A program made the position numbers and the translations under genes. A DNA stretch of 64,000 bases. Origin: an uncultured delta proteobacterium. GTDB lineage: Bacteria > Desulfobacterota > Binatia > Binatales > Binataceae. Of the stretch, positions 29,790-39,558 are shown piece after piece; within the stretch, counting starts at the first letter, position 1, and every line of letters begins with the position of its first letter. The DNA lies in the NCBI GenBank assembly GCA_963842085.1, contig CAWJET010000001.1:2304001-2368000 (forward strand). Reading direction: 5' to 3'. Under the pieces are notes generated by a model, which saw only the letters and a program-made list of their open reading frames with translations, did not search any database and was not told the DNA's origin.

Positions 29790-31679
29790 GTGGCGAAGTT
29801 CCACATCCCAAAAAGTAACCGGCCGGTGCCGCTCCTTGAGCCCCGGATCGCGGCGTTGACCGCCCTGATGTTCGCGATTCTCGGCCTGGTCTCGGTGCGC
29901 CTGTACTACCTGCAGGTTCTGCATCACAAGGAAAATGTCGAGCTGGCTGATCGCAACCGGATTCGCCTCCAGCGCGTGCCCGCGCCGCGCGGGCTGGTCT
30001 TCGACCGCAATCACCGTCCGCTGGTCGATACGAAACCGTCGTTCGACGCGCAAATCGTGCCCGAGGATTCCGACAATCTTTCGCTCACCATCGAAAGGCT
30101 CGAACGCTATACCGGCGCTGATGACATCGCAGACAAGATTTCCGACGCCGATGAGGAAGGCCGCCCGCCTTACGAACCCGTCACCGTCGCTGAGCGCCTG
30201 GGATGGCAACAGGTGGTGGCGCTCGAGGCGCATCAGCTCGAGCTGCCCGGCGTCAGCCTGCAAATCACCCCCGCGCGGCATTACCTCTACGGCGAGCTCG
30301 CCGCGCATCTGCTCGGTTACGTCGGCGAGGTGACCAAGAACGATCTTCAGGCGCACGACGATTACCACATGGGCGACGAGATCGGAAAATTCGGCCTCGA
30401 ACGCGTGTGGGAGGGCTTTCTGCGCGGCGACGCCGGCGGACAGGAGATCGAGGTTGACGCCGTCGGGCGCCGGCTCCGCGTGCTCAAGGAAATTCCCGAC
30501 CAGCCCGGCGAAAGCATCGTCATGACCATCGACCTCAATCTCCAGCAGGCCGCGGAGCAGGCGATGGCCGGCCGGAACGGCGCCTTCGTCGCGCTCGATC
30601 CCCGCAACGGCGACGTGCTTGCAATGGTCTCGCACCCGGCCTTCGACCCCGACATCTTTGGCGGTGGCATCAAAGCCTCGGCGTGGCGCGAACTGACCAC
30701 CGACCCGAACCATCCGCTGGAGAATCGCGCCATCCAGGGAATCTATCCGCCCGGCTCGACCTTCAAAATTGTCGATTCGATCGCGGGACTCGAGGAAGGC
30801 ACCCTGACTCCCGAAACGGCCTACAACTGCCCCGGTGGGATGTGGTTCGGCGGACGCGAGTACCATTGCTGGCGCAAGCAGGGTCACGGCACCATCGAGC
30901 TGCACGATGCGATCGTGCGCTCATGCGACGTTTACTTTTACAACGTCGGAGAAAAACTCGGCGTCGATCAGATTGCGAAATGGTCCAATCAGCTCGGCCT
31001 CGGCCTCAAGACCGGCATCGATCTCGATCACGAGAATCCCGGCACCATCCCGTCGTCGGCGTGGAAGCAGAAGCGCTTTCACGAGCGATGGTATCCCGCG
31101 GAGACGCTCTCGGTCGCCATCGGCCAGGGTTACGTCGCCACCACCCCGCTCCAGATGGCGCAGGTCGCCGCCCAGGTCGCTAACGGCGGCATCCGTTATA
31201 AGCCCCAATTCGTCAAGGATGTCGAGGGACTCGACGGCAATATCGCGAAATCGTATCCGCCGGTAATCGAGAACCGGATAAAGATCGATCCGGACGCGCT
31301 TGAAGTCGTCAAGGACGCGATGGCCGACGTCGTCAACGGTCCCGGCGGCACAGCGCATAAGGCCCACCTCGACGACGTCGTTGTATGCGGCAAAACCGGC
31401 ACGGCCCAGGTCGTCGGCGACAAGGGTCCTGCCGGCGAAGGCGAGGAGGAGGAAAAGAATACGCCCGAGCAGTTCAAGGATCACGCATGGTTCATCGCGT
31501 TCGCGCCCAAAGATCATCCGACCATCGCCGCGGCCTGCATCATCGAGCACGGCGGTCACGGCGGCAGCGCGGCGGCGCCCGTAATTCACGACGTTTTCCA
31601 GCGCTACTTCCAGCTCAATCCGCCCCCGCCCAAACCAGAAATAGCGCGCGTGCTCGAAGACAGCTCGCCATCCCAATGA
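29790..31679 (+). CDS. mrdA: Penicillin-binding protein 2
   Basis: APRG, PGSTFK (SxxK), SCD, GKTGTAQ. Confidence 0.96.
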   Translation: MAKFHIPKSNRPVPLLEPRIAALTALMFAILGLVSVRLYYLQVLHHKENVELADRNRIRLQRVPAPRGLVFDRNHRPLVDTKPSFDAQIVPEDSDNLSLTIERLERYTGADDIADKISDADEEGRPPYEPVTVAERLGWQQVVALEAHQLELPGVSLQITPARHYLYGELAAHLLGYVGEVTKNDLQAHDDYHMGDEIGKFGLERVWEGFLRGDAGGQEIEVDAVGRRLRVLKEIPDQPGESIVMTIDLNLQQAAEQAMAGRNGAFVALDPRNGDVLAMVSHPAFDPDIFGGGIKASAWRELTTDPNHPLENRAIQGIYPPGSTFKIVDSIAGLEEGTLTPETAYNCPGGMWFGGREYHCWRKQGHGTIELHDAIVRSCDVYFYNVGEKLGVDQIAKWSNQLGLGLKTGIDLDHENPGTIPSSAWKQKRFHERWYPAETLSVAIGQGYVATTPLQMAQVAAQVANGGIRYKPQFVKDVEGLDGNIAKSYPPVIENRIKIDPDALEVVKDAMADVVNGPGGTAHKAHLDDVVVCGKTGTAQVVGDKGPAGEGEEEEKNTPEQFKDHAWFIAFAPKDHPTIAAACIIEHGGHGGSAAAPVIHDVFQRYFQLNPPPPKPEIARVLEDSSPSQ

Positions 31680-31695
31680 CCGGAGTGCAGCCCTG

Positions 31696-32799
31696 ATGGC
31701 GGCTGGCGATCGCAGGTTCATACTTCATTTCGACTGGACGTTGTTCGTCCTGGTGCTCGCGCTGTCGGGAATCGGGCTGGTCAGCGTCATCAGCGCGACA
31801 TACGCCGGGCACCAGACGTTGGACCCGCTGGTGATTCGCCAGTTGATTTGGATCGCGGCTGGAACCGCCGCGCTGCTTATCGCGGTGCTCGTCGATTATC
31901 GGGCGCTGCAGGCCTACGCCTACCCGTTTTACGTGCTGGTGATCGGACTTCTGATCGCCGTGATGGTGGCCGGGCATGCTACCGGCGGCTCGCGCCGATG
32001 GATCAACCTTGGCGTGTTTCATCTCGAACCGTCCGAGCTCGCCAAGCTCGCGGTCGTGCTTGTGATGGTGCGTTACCTGCGCGAGGAGCCGCCGAAAGGC
32101 GGCTGGGGCCTGCGCCATATGATCGTCCCATTTATCCTGCTCGGCGTTCCCGCCGCACTCGTGCTCAAGCAGCCCGACCTCGGCACCGGGCTGGTCCTCG
32201 TTCTGATCACGATCACGCTGGTTTTCGTGGCCGGCCTGAACTGGCGCACGATGCTGGTGCTGGCGATGGCGGGGATGCTCGCGGCGCCCCTGAGCTGGCA
32301 TTATCTCAAGCCTTATCAACGCCAGCGCCTGGTCAGCTTCATCAATCCGCAGGCCGATCCGCTCGGCTCCGGCTACCACATCATCCAGTCCGAAATCGCG
32401 ATCGGCGCCGGCGGCCCGTTCGGCAAGGGATTTCTCAAAGGCACGCAGGCGCGGTTGAATTTCCTGCCCGAGCAGAGCACCGATTTTATTTTCGCGGTTT
32501 TTGCCGAAGAGTTCGGCCTGGCCGGCTCGATTCTCTTGTTGGGGTTGTACGCGGGCGTGATTGCGCGCGGAGCATATATTGCGCGTCATGCGCGCGACCG
32601 CTTCGGCGCGTTACTCGCGGTTGGAGTGACGGCGATCGTCTTCTGGCAGGTGGCGGTCAACATCGGAATGGCGATCGGGATGCTGCCGGTGGTGGGAATC
32701 ACGCTGCCGCTGGTGAGTTACGGCGGTTCGTCGGTGATCGCGATGATGGCGGCGATGGGTATTCTCATCAGCATCAATACCCGCCGCTACCTGTTCTGA
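31696..32799 (+). CDS. rodA: Rod shape-determining protein RodA
   Basis: EPSELAK, QPDLGT, PEQSTDFIF, PLVSYGGSS. Confidence 0.96.
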   Translation: MAAGDRRFILHFDWTLFVLVLALSGIGLVSVISATYAGHQTLDPLVIRQLIWIAAGTAALLIAVLVDYRALQAYAYPFYVLVIGLLIAVMVAGHATGGSRRWINLGVFHLEPSELAKLAVVLVMVRYLREEPPKGGWGLRHMIVPFILLGVPAALVLKQPDLGTGLVLVLITITLVFVAGLNWRTMLVLAMAGMLAAPLSWHYLKPYQRQRLVSFINPQADPLGSGYHIIQSEIAIGAGGPFGKGFLKGTQARLNFLPEQSTDFIFAVFAEEFGLAGSILLLGLYAGVIARGAYIARHARDRFGALLAVGVTAIVFWQVAVNIGMAIGMLPVVGITLPLVSYGGSSVIAMMAAMGILISINTRRYLF

Positions 32800-32815
32800 T
32801 TTCCTCGACGAGGTA

Positions 32816-33067
32816 ATGCAGATGGCTCACAAAAAAAAGTTCACTAACCCAACCGACATCGAAATCGTGGAGATTCATGCCCGCTTCGTCGAGGTGATGG
32901 AGACCGTCAGGCTCGAAACGATCAGCCCCGAGATGAAGCAGCGCTACCTCGCAGTCATGAAGACGCTCACCGAAAAGCTCGCCGTGCCGAGCAAGCCGCT
33001 GCACGAAATCCTGGGCGAGATGATGGCCGAAGCCGGCCCGCTGATCTTCCAGGCCATGCAGCGCTAG
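32816..33067 (+). CDS. Hypothetical small helical protein
   Basis: GAGG RBS, host-like codon usage. Confidence 0.7.
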   Translation: MQMAHKKKFTNPTDIEIVEIHARFVEVMETVRLETISPEMKQRYLAVMKTLTEKLAVPSKPLHEILGEMMAEAGPLIFQAMQR

Positions 33068-33076
33068 CGAGCGGGG

Positions 33077-34417
33077 TCACGCCTCGAAAGCGTACGCCGC
33101 TTCTTCGTGCTCGCTGAGATCGAGCCCGACCTGTTCCGATTCGTCCCTCACGCGCAGCCCGACCAGCGCGTCGGTCACCTTGAGGAGAATCGTGCTGCCG
33201 ATGAACGAAAACGCGATGCTCGCGACGACCGCCGTCGCCTGGATGAATAGCTGGCGCGGATTCCCGTAGAAGAGTCCGTTGGCGCCGGCGGCGTTGACCA
33301 GCACGCTCGCAAACAACCCGGTCGCCAGCGCGCCCCATATTCCGCCGACTGCGTGCACGCCGACTACGTCGAGCGCGTCGTCGTAGCCGAACCGCGATTT
33401 CATACGCACCGCGCTGTAGCAGAGCGCGCCTGCAACCCCTCCAATAACTATCGCCGCGCCGGGTCCGACGTAACCCGACGCCGGAGTTATCGCGACCAGT
33501 CCTGCGACCGCGCCGCTCGCCGCGCCCAACACGGTCGGCTTGCCTCCGATCCACCATTCCGCGGCGACCCAGGTGAGCGTCGCGGCGGAGGCGCCGAGGT
33601 GCGTCGCGACGAATGCGGACACCGCGAGGCCGTCGGCGGCGAGCGAACTTCCGGCGTTGAAGCCGAACCATCCAACCCACAGCAAGCCCGCGCCGGTGAC
33701 AGTCATCGTCAAGTTGTGCGGCGGCATCGGCTCGCGCCCGTAGTTGCGACGCGGACCGACCATCAGCGCGGCCGCGAGTGCGGCGACGCCCGACGAGATA
33801 TGCACCACCGTGCCGCCGGCAAAGTCGAGCGCACCCATCTCGTGAATCCATCCGCCGACGCCCCACACCCAATGCGCCAGCGGATCGTAAATCAGCGTGA
33901 TCCACATGACGCTGAAAACCAGGAAGCCTTTGAACGACATTCGCTCCGCGATCGCGCCGGTGATGAGGGCGGGCGTGATCACGGCAAACATGCACTGGTA
34001 AATCATGTACGCCTGATGCGGCACCGTCGCCGAATAAGCGGCATACGGCTGCGAGGCACTGACGCCGCTTAGGCCGGCCCACGTGAGCGCGCCGATGAAC
34101 GAGCTGCCGGGCGAGAACGCGAGGCTGTAGCCGAACAGCACCCATTGGATCGACACGATCGCGACCAGGATAAAACTCTGCATCAGCGTCGAGAGCACGT
34201 TCTTGCGCCGCACCATGCCGCCGTAGAAAAGGGCGAGCCCCGGAATCGTCATCATCAGGACGAGCGCCGACGACAGCAGCAGCCATGCGGTATCGGCGCC
34301 GTCGAACTTCTGCATGCCGGGAACCGCAGCGGCCGCAGGCGTCGCGATTGTCAGGCAGAGTGCCGTTGTCAGAACGAAAGGACCGCACACGAGCGAGCGG
34401 ATCGATTTCCGAACCAT
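33077..34417 (-). CDS. amtB: Ammonium transporter
   Basis: PGLALFYGGMVR, DFAGGTVVH, WFGFNAGS, DDALDVVGVH. Confidence 0.96.
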   Translation of the reverse strand: MVRKSIRSLVCGPFVLTTALCLTIATPAAAAVPGMQKFDGADTAWLLLSSALVLMMTIPGLALFYGGMVRRKNVLSTLMQSFILVAIVSIQWVLFGYSLAFSPGSSFIGALTWAGLSGVSASQPYAAYSATVPHQAYMIYQCMFAVITPALITGAIAERMSFKGFLVFSVMWITLIYDPLAHWVWGVGGWIHEMGALDFAGGTVVHISSGVAALAAALMVGPRRNYGREPMPPHNLTMTVTGAGLLWVGWFGFNAGSSLAADGLAVSAFVATHLGASAATLTWVAAEWWIGGKPTVLGAASGAVAGLVAITPASGYVGPGAAIVIGGVAGALCYSAVRMKSRFGYDDALDVVGVHAVGGIWGALATGLFASVLVNAAGANGLFYGNPRQLFIQATAVVASIAFSFIGSTILLKVTDALVGLRVRDESEQVGLDLSEHEEAAYAFEA

Positions 34418-34435
34418 CTTCGATGCCTCCAGTCG

Positions 34436-34466
34436 AAAAAAAGGCGGCTCAGATGAACCGCCTCTT
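34436..34466 (-). terminator. Intrinsic terminator between the acyl-CoA dehydrogenase and amtB
   Basis: Minus strand AGGCGGTTC-atct-GAGCCGCC-TTTTTTT. Confidence 0.75.
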
Positions 34467-34490
34467 CGCGTACTTGAGATTGCGAGATTA

Positions 34491-35678
34491 TCAGCCCTTC
34501 GGCAGTTGCAGGATGCGCTCGCCGATCATGTTCTTCTGCACCGGCGAGGTGCCGCCCGCGATCGTCATCGATTCCGAGGCGAGGATGCGGCGCATCCAGT
34601 CGCCCTCGGGCGCGAACGGAGTGTGGCGCTCGAGCAGCGCATACTCGCCGAGGAGTCGCGTGATGAACTTGGTCATCCGCTGGCCGAGATCGGTCGAGAG
34701 CAGCTTTGAGATCGACGCTTCGGGTCCGGGCTGCTGACCCTTGAGGCGCTTCGACAGGCTGCGCAGGCCGTTGTACTTTTTGGCGGTCGCTTCGATCGCG
34801 AACTGCGCGATTTGCTGGCGGATATCGTTGTCCTCGATCGCGGGCCGGCCGTTTATCTGCACCGCTTTGGCGACCTGTACCAGCTGATGCAGCATCTGTT
34901 CGGTGCCGCCGAGCGTCTCGCCGATTCCGAACCGCTCGTGCATCAGGGTCGAGACCAGCACCTGCCATCCCATGTTCATCGGGCCGAGCAGGTTTTCCTT
35001 GGGCACGCGCACGTCTTCAAAAAAAATCTCGTTGAACTCGCTGTCTCCGGTGATTTGCTTGAGCGGACGGACGCTGACGCCCGGCGACTTCATATCGACC
35101 AGCAGTGCGCTCATCCCCTTGTGCTTGGGCACGTCGGGATCGGTGCGCACGAAAAGCTGCACGAAGTCGGCGCGATGCGCGATCGTGGTCCAGACCTTCT
35201 GGCCGTTGAGGACAAACTCGTCGCCCTTGAGTTCCGCGCGGCACTGGATCGACGCCAGATCAGAGCCCGCGCCCGGCTCCGACATTCCCTCGCACCAGAT
35301 CTCGTCGCCGGCGAGGATCGGATTCAGGTAGCGCTTTTTCTGCTCGTCGGTGCCCCACTGCATCAGCGCCGGGCCGGTCATGATCACGCCCAGCACGTTG
35401 CATCCCATTGGCAGGTTGAGCCGCCCGAGTTCCTGCTGGAAGATCACCTGCTCGATAAAGGTGGCGCCGCGGCCGCCGTATTCCTTGGGCCACGTCAGCC
35501 CGGCCCAGCCAGCGTGGTAGAGCTTTTTGTGCCAGGCCTTCAGCCGCTGCCATGCGGCGTCGTCGCCGCCGACTTCGGGGTCGTCGCCCCGCGCAAGAGA
35601 CTGCGGGCGGTTCTCTTCGAGCCATCGCCGCACGTCCAGCCGATAAGCGTCCTGTTCAGGCGTCCAGGTAAAATCCAT
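34491..35678 (-). CDS. Acyl-CoA dehydrogenase
   Basis: WCEGMSEPGAGSDLA, NGQKVWT, FNEIFFEDV, TIAGGT. Confidence 0.93.
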   Translation of the reverse strand: MDFTWTPEQDAYRLDVRRWLEENRPQSLARGDDPEVGGDDAAWQRLKAWHKKLYHAGWAGLTWPKEYGGRGATFIEQVIFQQELGRLNLPMGCNVLGVIMTGPALMQWGTDEQKKRYLNPILAGDEIWCEGMSEPGAGSDLASIQCRAELKGDEFVLNGQKVWTTIAHRADFVQLFVRTDPDVPKHKGMSALLVDMKSPGVSVRPLKQITGDSEFNEIFFEDVRVPKENLLGPMNMGWQVLVSTLMHERFGIGETLGGTEQMLHQLVQVAKAVQINGRPAIEDNDIRQQIAQFAIEATAKKYNGLRSLSKRLKGQQPGPEASISKLLSTDLGQRMTKFITRLLGEYALLERHTPFAPEGDWMRRILASESMTIAGGTSPVQKNMIGERILQLPKG

Positions 35679-35803
35679 GGTCTTAGAAATTCTCCCGTTC
35701 CGAAATTCGGATCGATGCTACGCGGCATGCTCAGGCCAGCCGACTAAAGTAGCACCTCTTGAGTACCGCCCATCAGGATAGCGGAGCAAGAGCCGATACC
35801 GCG

Positions 35804-36253
35804 TCAGTTGCCGCGCTCCGGCGGCGAGCCCTCGGGCGCGAACTGCACTTTCTGACCTGCGAAGATTGCATCGAACGATAGCTGCGCAGTCGAGGAACCG
35901 GCGGTCACGATGATTCCGTAGGTGCCCGGATGCGGAATCGACATGTTGATATTGATCGCGACCGGGATTTTCACTGACGCCGTTTTGGGGACGTCCGGCG
36001 CGGGCTGACCGGTCTCAACCTGGCCTTTCATTTCCGGGACGACCGGGACCCCGGCCTCGTCGGCAATCACCACGTTCAACGGGTACTTGACGCCGACCTC
36101 GTTGGACGTGAAACCAAGGCCTATCGCAATCGCAAGCTGAACCGGCGCCGGGTAATTGGCCGCTCGAAACAGGTTCCATCCTCCGCCCAGCACAAAGACT
36201 TTGCCGCCAACCGCCTGGGCCGCATCAGCCAACAAAGCATATTCGATCTTCAT
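35804..36253 (-). CDS. DUF6941-like beta-sandwich protein
   Basis: MKIEYALLADAAQAVGGKVFVLGGGW pattern; GGAGG RBS. Confidence 0.7.
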   Translation of the reverse strand: MKIEYALLADAAQAVGGKVFVLGGGWNLFRAANYPAPVQLAIAIGLGFTSNEVGVKYPLNVVIADEAGVPVVPEMKGQVETGQPAPDVPKTASVKIPVAININMSIPHPGTYGIIVTAGSSTAQLSFDAIFAGQKVQFAPEGSPPERGN

Positions 36254-36306
36254 TTTTGAGACCTCCCACGCGCGCGCTTCATAGCAATACGCGGATATAG
36301 GCGCTG

Positions 36307-37617
36307 TCAACTTGCGGCGCGAGTCAGTTCGGATTCGGCGGCCGACAGCGCCTTGAGGACGCGCACGATATTTTGCGCCATGAAGCTGCCGAGCAGGTTC
36401 GCGCGCGCCGCGGGTTCGAGCTTGCGCGCCCGGCGGCTGACCTCGGCGCAGCGCTCGAGCATCGCAGCCTCGAGCGGCCGGAAATGCTTCCATGCGATCG
36501 GCGCCAGTCGCTCCGGTGCGCGCGCGACGATATCCTGGAGCTTCCTGAAGCGCCACCATGGCGAATCGGCTGACGGTTTTTCACCGCCTGCGGCCAACAA
36601 TGGCGGCAGCGTCCCGGCCACGAACAGCGGAAACGCGATCGACGTGCACGGCGCCGCAAGCGACGCCCATAGCACGGGGATCGTATCCGCGCTCGGTGCC
36701 GCAAGCTCGGCGACCATGCTCGCCGTGGTGCCGGCGGCCGAGCCGTGCATGCATAGCGTCGGCGAATCGTCGCGCGCTGCAGGCTCGCCCGCTGGGGGCA
36801 TTTCGCCGCGCGAACCGTGGTCGCGGAGTATCGCGAGCATCTCGCGTATCGTGCGCCGGCCGTTGCGCGACACCAGTTCGCGGCTGCGCGCCAGCCGTCC
36901 GCGCGCGTGCAGCGGATCGTCCTTGTCCTTGCCCGCATTGCCGCTCGAATAGGCGGCGGCAAAGTCGAACGACGCTTCGCCGTCGCACCATCCGCGTGCG
37001 CGCGCATAGCTTTCCACGTCGGGCGAGCCGAGGCTGCCGATGTCGATTGTCAATCGATTGGAGATGCACGCGCGCTCGTCGACGCGGCGCGCAATCCATT
37101 GTTGGCCCGAGCTCTCGAGCACGTAAGCGTCGGCGTGATCGGCAATGATGAATCCGCTGCAGTAGCGGAAATCGACGTCGTACTGCGCGGACCCGCCCTG
37201 CCCGTAGCGTTCGATCAGCGCGCCGATAATTTCAGTCGCTTCGCGCGCGGTCTTCGACCGCTCGAGCCCGAGCCTGACCAGATCCATCCCGAGCAGGCCC
37301 GTCGAAGGGAGCATCTCGCGCGTGAGCACCGCTTCGTTGCCGATCGCGACCCCATGCTCGTTGAGGCCGTGCTCGAAACCCCACAGCCAGAAGGGGCGCG
37401 AGCCGATCACCGCCGCCGTCTCGGCAACTTGCGGAATCTCGAGATACTGGCAATGCACGGTAGCGCCTTCGGGATAGACGCGGTGCATCGACTGCGACAA
37501 CGGCTGGCATTCGTACGCCGAGCGGTCGGAGTTCTTCGCGAGGAGAGTGGCGCCGGCCCGCGTAAGCGGCGCCAGCACTACGATCGTATCGCAGGAAGGA
37601 ATCGAGGACACAGCCAT
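36307..37617 (-). CDS. C69 dipeptidase/secernin family Ntn hydrolase
   Basis: SCDT nucleophile, AKNSDR, WGFEHGLNEHGVAIGNE, GMDLVRLGLER. Confidence 0.9.
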   Translation of the reverse strand: MAVSSIPSCDTIVVLAPLTRAGATLLAKNSDRSAYECQPLSQSMHRVYPEGATVHCQYLEIPQVAETAAVIGSRPFWLWGFEHGLNEHGVAIGNEAVLTREMLPSTGLLGMDLVRLGLERSKTAREATEIIGALIERYGQGGSAQYDVDFRYCSGFIIADHADAYVLESSGQQWIARRVDERACISNRLTIDIGSLGSPDVESYARARGWCDGEASFDFAAAYSSGNAGKDKDDPLHARGRLARSRELVSRNGRRTIREMLAILRDHGSRGEMPPAGEPAARDDSPTLCMHGSAAGTTASMVAELAAPSADTIPVLWASLAAPCTSIAFPLFVAGTLPPLLAAGGEKPSADSPWWRFRKLQDIVARAPERLAPIAWKHFRPLEAAMLERCAEVSRRARKLEPAARANLLGSFMAQNIVRVLKALSAAESELTRAAS

Positions 37618-37632
37618 GAGCAATTTGATTGT

Positions 37633-37724
37633 ATGTGAAACCCGCGGTGGGTTTCACGCTTCCTTCGGCAGGAGCCAGCCCCTGCACCCGGTGTTAAGAA
37701 ATAGACGCGGGCTTCACCCTCTGG
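37633..37724 (+). repeat. Intergenic two-hairpin repeat, copy B
   Basis: GTGAAACCCgcggtGGGTTTCACgcttcc..GCAGG..CCTGCACCC..ttaagaa..gcgggcttc. Confidence 0.85.
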
Positions 37725-37726
37725 TT

Positions 37727-37762
37727 CCCTCGCCCGTTATCGGGAGAGGGTTAGGGTGAGGG
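37727..37762. repeat. REP-like CCCTCTCCC/GGGAGAGGG palindrome
   Basis: ccctcgcccgttatcgggagagggttagggtgaggg. Confidence 0.65.
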
Positions 37763-37950
37763 ACATTGGTGCGGCGCGATTGTCTGGTGCGCCGCACATC
37801 CGAGCCGCTGCATTGCCCAGAACAACTGCAACGACCCCCAATGCTCGCGCGAAAGATTGCACCATAGTCTTTGGCGCTGGAATGAGTATTAGCGGCACCC
37901 GGACGCTTACTTTCTGAGGTAGTCAATGGCTACACTCGAATATCGGAGTA

Positions 37951-38229
37951 TTGCAGGCGTTCCAGGCATTGTTTACCGGCCTGATGGCGCAAAATGGCTA
38001 CTTGAAGATTCCCGTCGCGGACATAAATCGCGGGCTCGTCCAGTATATTATCCAGTGGGGCGTGGTGATGGTGAGCGCCGGCCGGCTACTTCCCAACCAC
38101 CCCACAGTTTCTTGGTCTGGAACAACAATCCTGGTCCCGACTCGACTGATGCCTCGCAAGGCTTTTACTGAGTTGCGATGGGATTCTGAGGCGATCGACG
38201 AAAGCCGGTGTATGAGGTCCGCGCGATGA
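37951..38229 (+). CDS. Hypothetical ORF or gene remnant coupled to hicA
   Basis: Its TGA overlaps the hicA ATG (ATGA); an alternative overlapping ORF 37926-38171 has the better RBS. Confidence 0.35.
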   Translation: MQAFQALFTGLMAQNGYLKIPVADINRGLVQYIIQWGVVMVSAGRLLPNHPTVSWSGTTILVPTRLMPRKAFTELRWDSEAIDESRCMRSAR

Positions 38230-38449
38230 GGAAGCTCAGCCCCGTCCACTGGAAGCGCCTGAGGTGCGTGTTCGAACACGACGGTTTCGTCTTCAAACCC
38301 GGCAAAGGCGACCACTGGAAGGGCGAAAAAGCGGGCGTCGCGAGACCGATTGTCATTCCGGCCTATGACGAAGTAGGTCTCGACATAATTCGATCATGCA
38401 TGCGGGAATGACGCGTGAACGTTACCTGCAACTGTTGGAGAAGTGCTAA
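38226..38449 (+). pseudogene. hicA: HicA family mRNA interferase, frameshifted near the 3' end
   Basis: MRKLSPVHWKRLRCVFEHDGF..KGDH..RPIVIPAY..DIIRSCMRE*; the expected tail GMTRERYLQLLEKC* continues in another frame to 38449. Confidence 0.75.
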
Positions 38450-38455
38450 GTGCGA

Positions 38456-38779
38456 TCAGGCGGAGGCGGCGGTAGGGTGCACGCGCTCGATCGAGAATGG
38501 CAGCGGAACAATCACTTCCTTCTGGCCGCGCGCGGCGGTTCTCAATTTCGGATGGCGGCCGACGGCCGGCACAAATCCTGCCTCGCGCAAAACGATTTCC
38601 AGCGTGCCACGCTCGTAGCAACTGAGCAGAAAAGTTGCGAGCGCGTCCTTCAAATTGCGCTCTGCTTGTTCGCGCGTGTGGCCCTGCGAATGGACATCGA
38701 GCAATTTACACGAGGAGATGAACCACTTCCCCTTTTTTCTTACTTGCGCGGGCAGCTTGAATTCCATCGAGGCTTGCAT
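38456..38779 (-). CDS. hicB: HicB family antitoxin
   Basis: WFISSCKLLDVHSQGHTREQAERNLKDAL. Confidence 0.82.
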   Translation of the reverse strand: MQASMEFKLPAQVRKKGKWFISSCKLLDVHSQGHTREQAERNLKDALATFLLSCYERGTLEIVLREAGFVPAVGRHPKLRTAARGQKEVIVPLPFSIERVHPTAASA

Positions 38780-38821
38780 ATCGGCGACCTGCTGATGGTC
38801 GTATCATAGCTGCTCACGCCG

Positions 38822-39535
38822 GTGAATCGTAAGAGCCAATTCTCGTACCTGTGCAACGCCTGCGGGCGATGCTGCCACGACAAGGTGATCACGCTGTCGC
38901 CGTACGACGTGCTCTGCCTCGCGCGCGCCGCCAACGTCACCACGCGCGAGGCGCTCGCTCGCTACACGATCCGGCGCGGCTCGATTCTGAAATTCCGCGA
39001 CGTCGGCGCCTGCGTGGCGCTCGAAGGCGCACGATGCGGCGTTTATGCCGGGCGCCCGCTCGCCTGCCGGCTCTATCCGCTGGGAATCGAACGCATCAAC
39101 GACGCTGACGGCGAGAAATTCGTGATGCTCGAACCGGCGGCGGGCTCGCCGGGCGTTTATGGCATCGACGGCACCGTGAATGACTTCCTCGACGCACAAG
39201 GCGTCGCACCGTATCTCCGGGCGAACGTGCGCTATGCGTCGTTGCTCGCCGTCTTTCGCGAGCGCATCGCGGCCACGGTCGATTTCGATCGCGTCGAGCC
39301 GCGCGAGTTCTGGCGGCGCGCCGCTCGCGAAGCGCTCGCGGAGTCGAACTACGACGCCAATCCGCTGATCGACGCGATATTCGGCGGAGCCGGCGCTGCT
39401 CGCATCGACGATACGGCAATGATCGACGCGCATCTCGAACGCCTTGCCGGGATGATCAGGCACGAGACCGATGCGGCGCTGCTCGCGGCGGCGGCGGTGA
39501 TGCTCGCGGTGAGCCTGGGGCGGGAGCCAGGCTAG
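38822..39535 (+). CDS. YkgJ family cysteine-cluster protein
   Basis: CNACGRCC...CVAL...CGVYAGRPLACRLYP. Confidence 0.88.
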   Translation: MNRKSQFSYLCNACGRCCHDKVITLSPYDVLCLARAANVTTREALARYTIRRGSILKFRDVGACVALEGARCGVYAGRPLACRLYPLGIERINDADGEKFVMLEPAAGSPGVYGIDGTVNDFLDAQGVAPYLRANVRYASLLAVFRERIAATVDFDRVEPREFWRRAAREALAESNYDANPLIDAIFGGAGAARIDDTAMIDAHLERLAGMIRHETDAALLAAAAVMLAVSLGREPG

Positions 39536-39558
39536 GCGAGACTCTTTCTCCCCTTTCG

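Noticed and set aside
29650-29790. att-like duplication of the mreD 3' end before mrdA
   Set aside because: Only short scattered matches (ggctga, gggatt, ccgcgac), as expected by chance at this GC content
29682-34388. Many long antisense or alternate-frame ORFs over mrdA, rodA and amtB (and similar ones elsewhere)
   Set aside because: Typical high-GC shadow ORFs, Arg/Ala/Pro-rich, overlapping well-supported genes
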